A stretch of DNA of 46,102 bases from Ruminococcus sp. UBA3286 (lineage in GTDB: Bacteria; Bacillota; Clostridia; Oscillospirales; Ruminococcaceae): contig DETO01000002.1 of assembly GCA_002362135.1 (NCBI GenBank), forward strand, positions 3,868 to 49,969, read 5' to 3'. Position 1 is the stretch's first letter. Each line of letters opens with the position of its first letter. Shown here piece after piece: positions 45,501-46,102 of the stretch. The notes beneath the pieces were generated by a model. That model saw only the letters and a program-made list of their open reading frames with translations, made no database searches and had not been told where the DNA came from. Both the position numbers and the translations under genes were made by a program.

Positions 45501-45773
45501 GGACAAATCGCAGAAAATACGCGCTTTACAGTTGCAGATCAGTCGGGAAATGTTATCGTTTCATTCATGACTATGCGTTCAATGGGCAGCATAACATTCA
45601 AGCATACTGACGGAAACGGCGTTACTGCCTACACGGGCGGAACAGTTTCGGGCGGTACTGATCTCATCGTTCTCGATGATTCGCAGACGGTTTACGCCAA
45701 CGGAACTATCAGCGGCGGAACTTCCGTCTCCGCGGGAAACTCTTCCGGTTCGCAAAATCCCTGGGGATTTTAA
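42591..45773 (+). CDS. Dockerin-bearing carbohydrate-binding protein with two Cthe_2159 (DUF4353) beta-helix units
   Basis: Signal peptide ending SQA, N-terminal dockerin GDANCDGKVEIADA, repeated I.GG...I.A..DG units, two homologous halves, DHDAFDSNG; start ATG 42591 (AGGAG SD). Confidence 0.88.
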   Translation: MKKSILKKLIGGISTAAVSAAAALTLSAVSSQAADVMYGDANCDGKVEIADATLILQFLTNKDEYQLTAPGMINADCSSVGDGVTASDALAIQKLDAGVIKELPESWLNDPVTETTYIHLNGSSATVEGKYAEVDGGKITITHSGAFYVDGTLDDGQINVNIADETADPETVKIFLNNANITGKSAPAILITNAENTSLNLVDGTVNSISDGDTAYAGDNLGAAVIEAKDDITVKGGTVGDGILNITANTQDGLVCNNDIKFKGGTVNITTLNATDKTDAVKGKTSVTVKDSAVLNIDAEGDGLKSSQGSVNISGGTMEIKAGNDAVQGVDINISGGTLLGGGDRGLTSSASTNITGGIVVVTATDNQTDQALMAGTTQGTMLLNFKASAETDGCWKKANALVNDHVTFDKWTKKYAFAVISTPDIAAGKSYRFTNASNSNTAVHSGGEAFEQTSLITVFENVDPDGESGSTVITPDSGYTLKLSGTSIESSAPADTASADGGVLTISKPGIFAVSGEAKEVQIVVNVDKTAYPDGVVELDLTGADISNSTTSPINVQSIGDEVQIVAKSGTVNTISDGSAHSETYTDADGNVNTVEGAIFSRDDLKFKGTGSLTVNGNTDDAVVCKNDVKIYNGNITVNAVDDGIRGKDSVTVGNSADTDFSTLKLSIKTQQGDGIKSTATDASTTAKNYGVVTINGGTVDIDSYADGIQGEQDVVINGGNINIHTYEGSAFTGTASGGNSGGGSWGGGFPGGGMQDGNSNKTDISAKGIKAVGLYDAAGTTWQSGGNITLNGGNITIDSSDDCVHCGGNITVSGGNFKLATADDALHSDHDLTLGANGGSADDFGIYVTKCYEGVEGQNIYQHSGTVIVKADDDGYNAAGGADGSGNNNQGGWNPGGGFGQAGNNVLEISGGIAIVQSASGDHDAFDSNGNLTITGGVVIANGQEPLDSDGSNTASGGTVITASSQSSGQIAENTRFTVADQSGNVIVSFMTMRSMGSITFKHTDGNGVTAYTGGTVSGGTDLIVLDDSQTVYANGTISGGTSVSAGNSSGSQNPWGF

Positions 45774-45793
45774 TTCAGTAAAATCATATACAA

Positions 45794-45831
45794 AAAAGTC
45801 CGCAAAGAATATTAAATCTTTGCGGACTTTT
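45794..45831. terminator. Bidirectional intrinsic terminator
   Basis: AAAAGTCCGCAAAGA-ATATTAAA-TCTTTGCGGACTTTT between convergent genes. Confidence 0.85.
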
Positions 45832-45841
45832 ATTAGCAACC

Positions 45842-46102
45842 TTATGCTATATCAGGGTTTAATGTTGAAATTTCAGCATACTTAGCAAGAATTGCAGAAG
45901 CATCACTCGGATCGACCTTACTATCATTGTTAAAGTCGAAAATCGTGGAATTGAGTACAAGTTTCTCTCCTGTTGAAAGTTCAGCATAAGCCGAAAGCAC
46001 GGTCGATGCATCGGCAGGTGTTATCGTTCCGTCGAAATCGGTATCTCCGGGAATGATATTAGTGCACACATAAGGGGCAACGTCAAAAGGATATGATTTT
46101 GC
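45842..46102 (-). CDS. C-terminal end of a dockerin-containing protein (partial)
   Basis: Frame is open to the window edge (AKSYPFDVAPYV...); dockerin GDTDFDGTITPADASTVL...DFNNDSKVDPSDASAILAKYA. Confidence 0.85.
   Translation of the reverse strand, partial: AKSYPFDVAPYVCTNIIPGDTDFDGTITPADASTVLSAYAELSTGEKLVLNSTIFDFNNDSKVDPSDASAILAKYAEISTLNPDIA

Noticed and set aside
1-46102. CRISPR array, tRNA/rRNA, transposase, prophage or defence genes
   Set aside because: No regularly spaced repeats, RNA-gene signatures or such ORFs were seen.

Overview
Chromosomal segment of a cellulosome-producing, probably spore-forming Ruminococcus (Oscillospiraceae; the dockerins look R. flavefaciens-like). Nearly all genes are on the minus strand. 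Housekeeping blocks: murC-lexA-zapA-U32-dut-DUF4321-mreB; yloC-remA-gmk-rpoZ-priA-def-fmt-rsmB-rlmN-stp-pknB-rsgA-thiN-spoVM-nudF; and tepA-ftsK-ygiQ-MBL-DUF3006-HI0933-DUF1113-cmk-plsC-ispH/rpsA. Accessory genes: two dockerin-bearing GH9 cellulases, a dockerin-bearing double Cthe_2159-type beta-helix protein, a LacI-DUF5662-GH3 lipoprotein cluster and two orphan membrane proteins. Two small genes are missing from the ORF track (spoVM and a 54-aa protein). The most unusual signal is non-coding: four related miniature inverted-repeat elements. Two share an ERIC/Correia-like hairpin core inside different terminal repeats, one looks core-deleted, and three sit at a stop codon or in an RBS spacer. 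Other notable signals are an internal promoter plus RBS in the ispH-rpsA fusion, an exact CiaR-type promoter in front of the Cthe_2159 gene, and an orphan gene flanked by duplicated terminator arms. No rRNA, tRNA, CRISPR array or transposase was seen. All calls come from reading the sequence; no searches were run.
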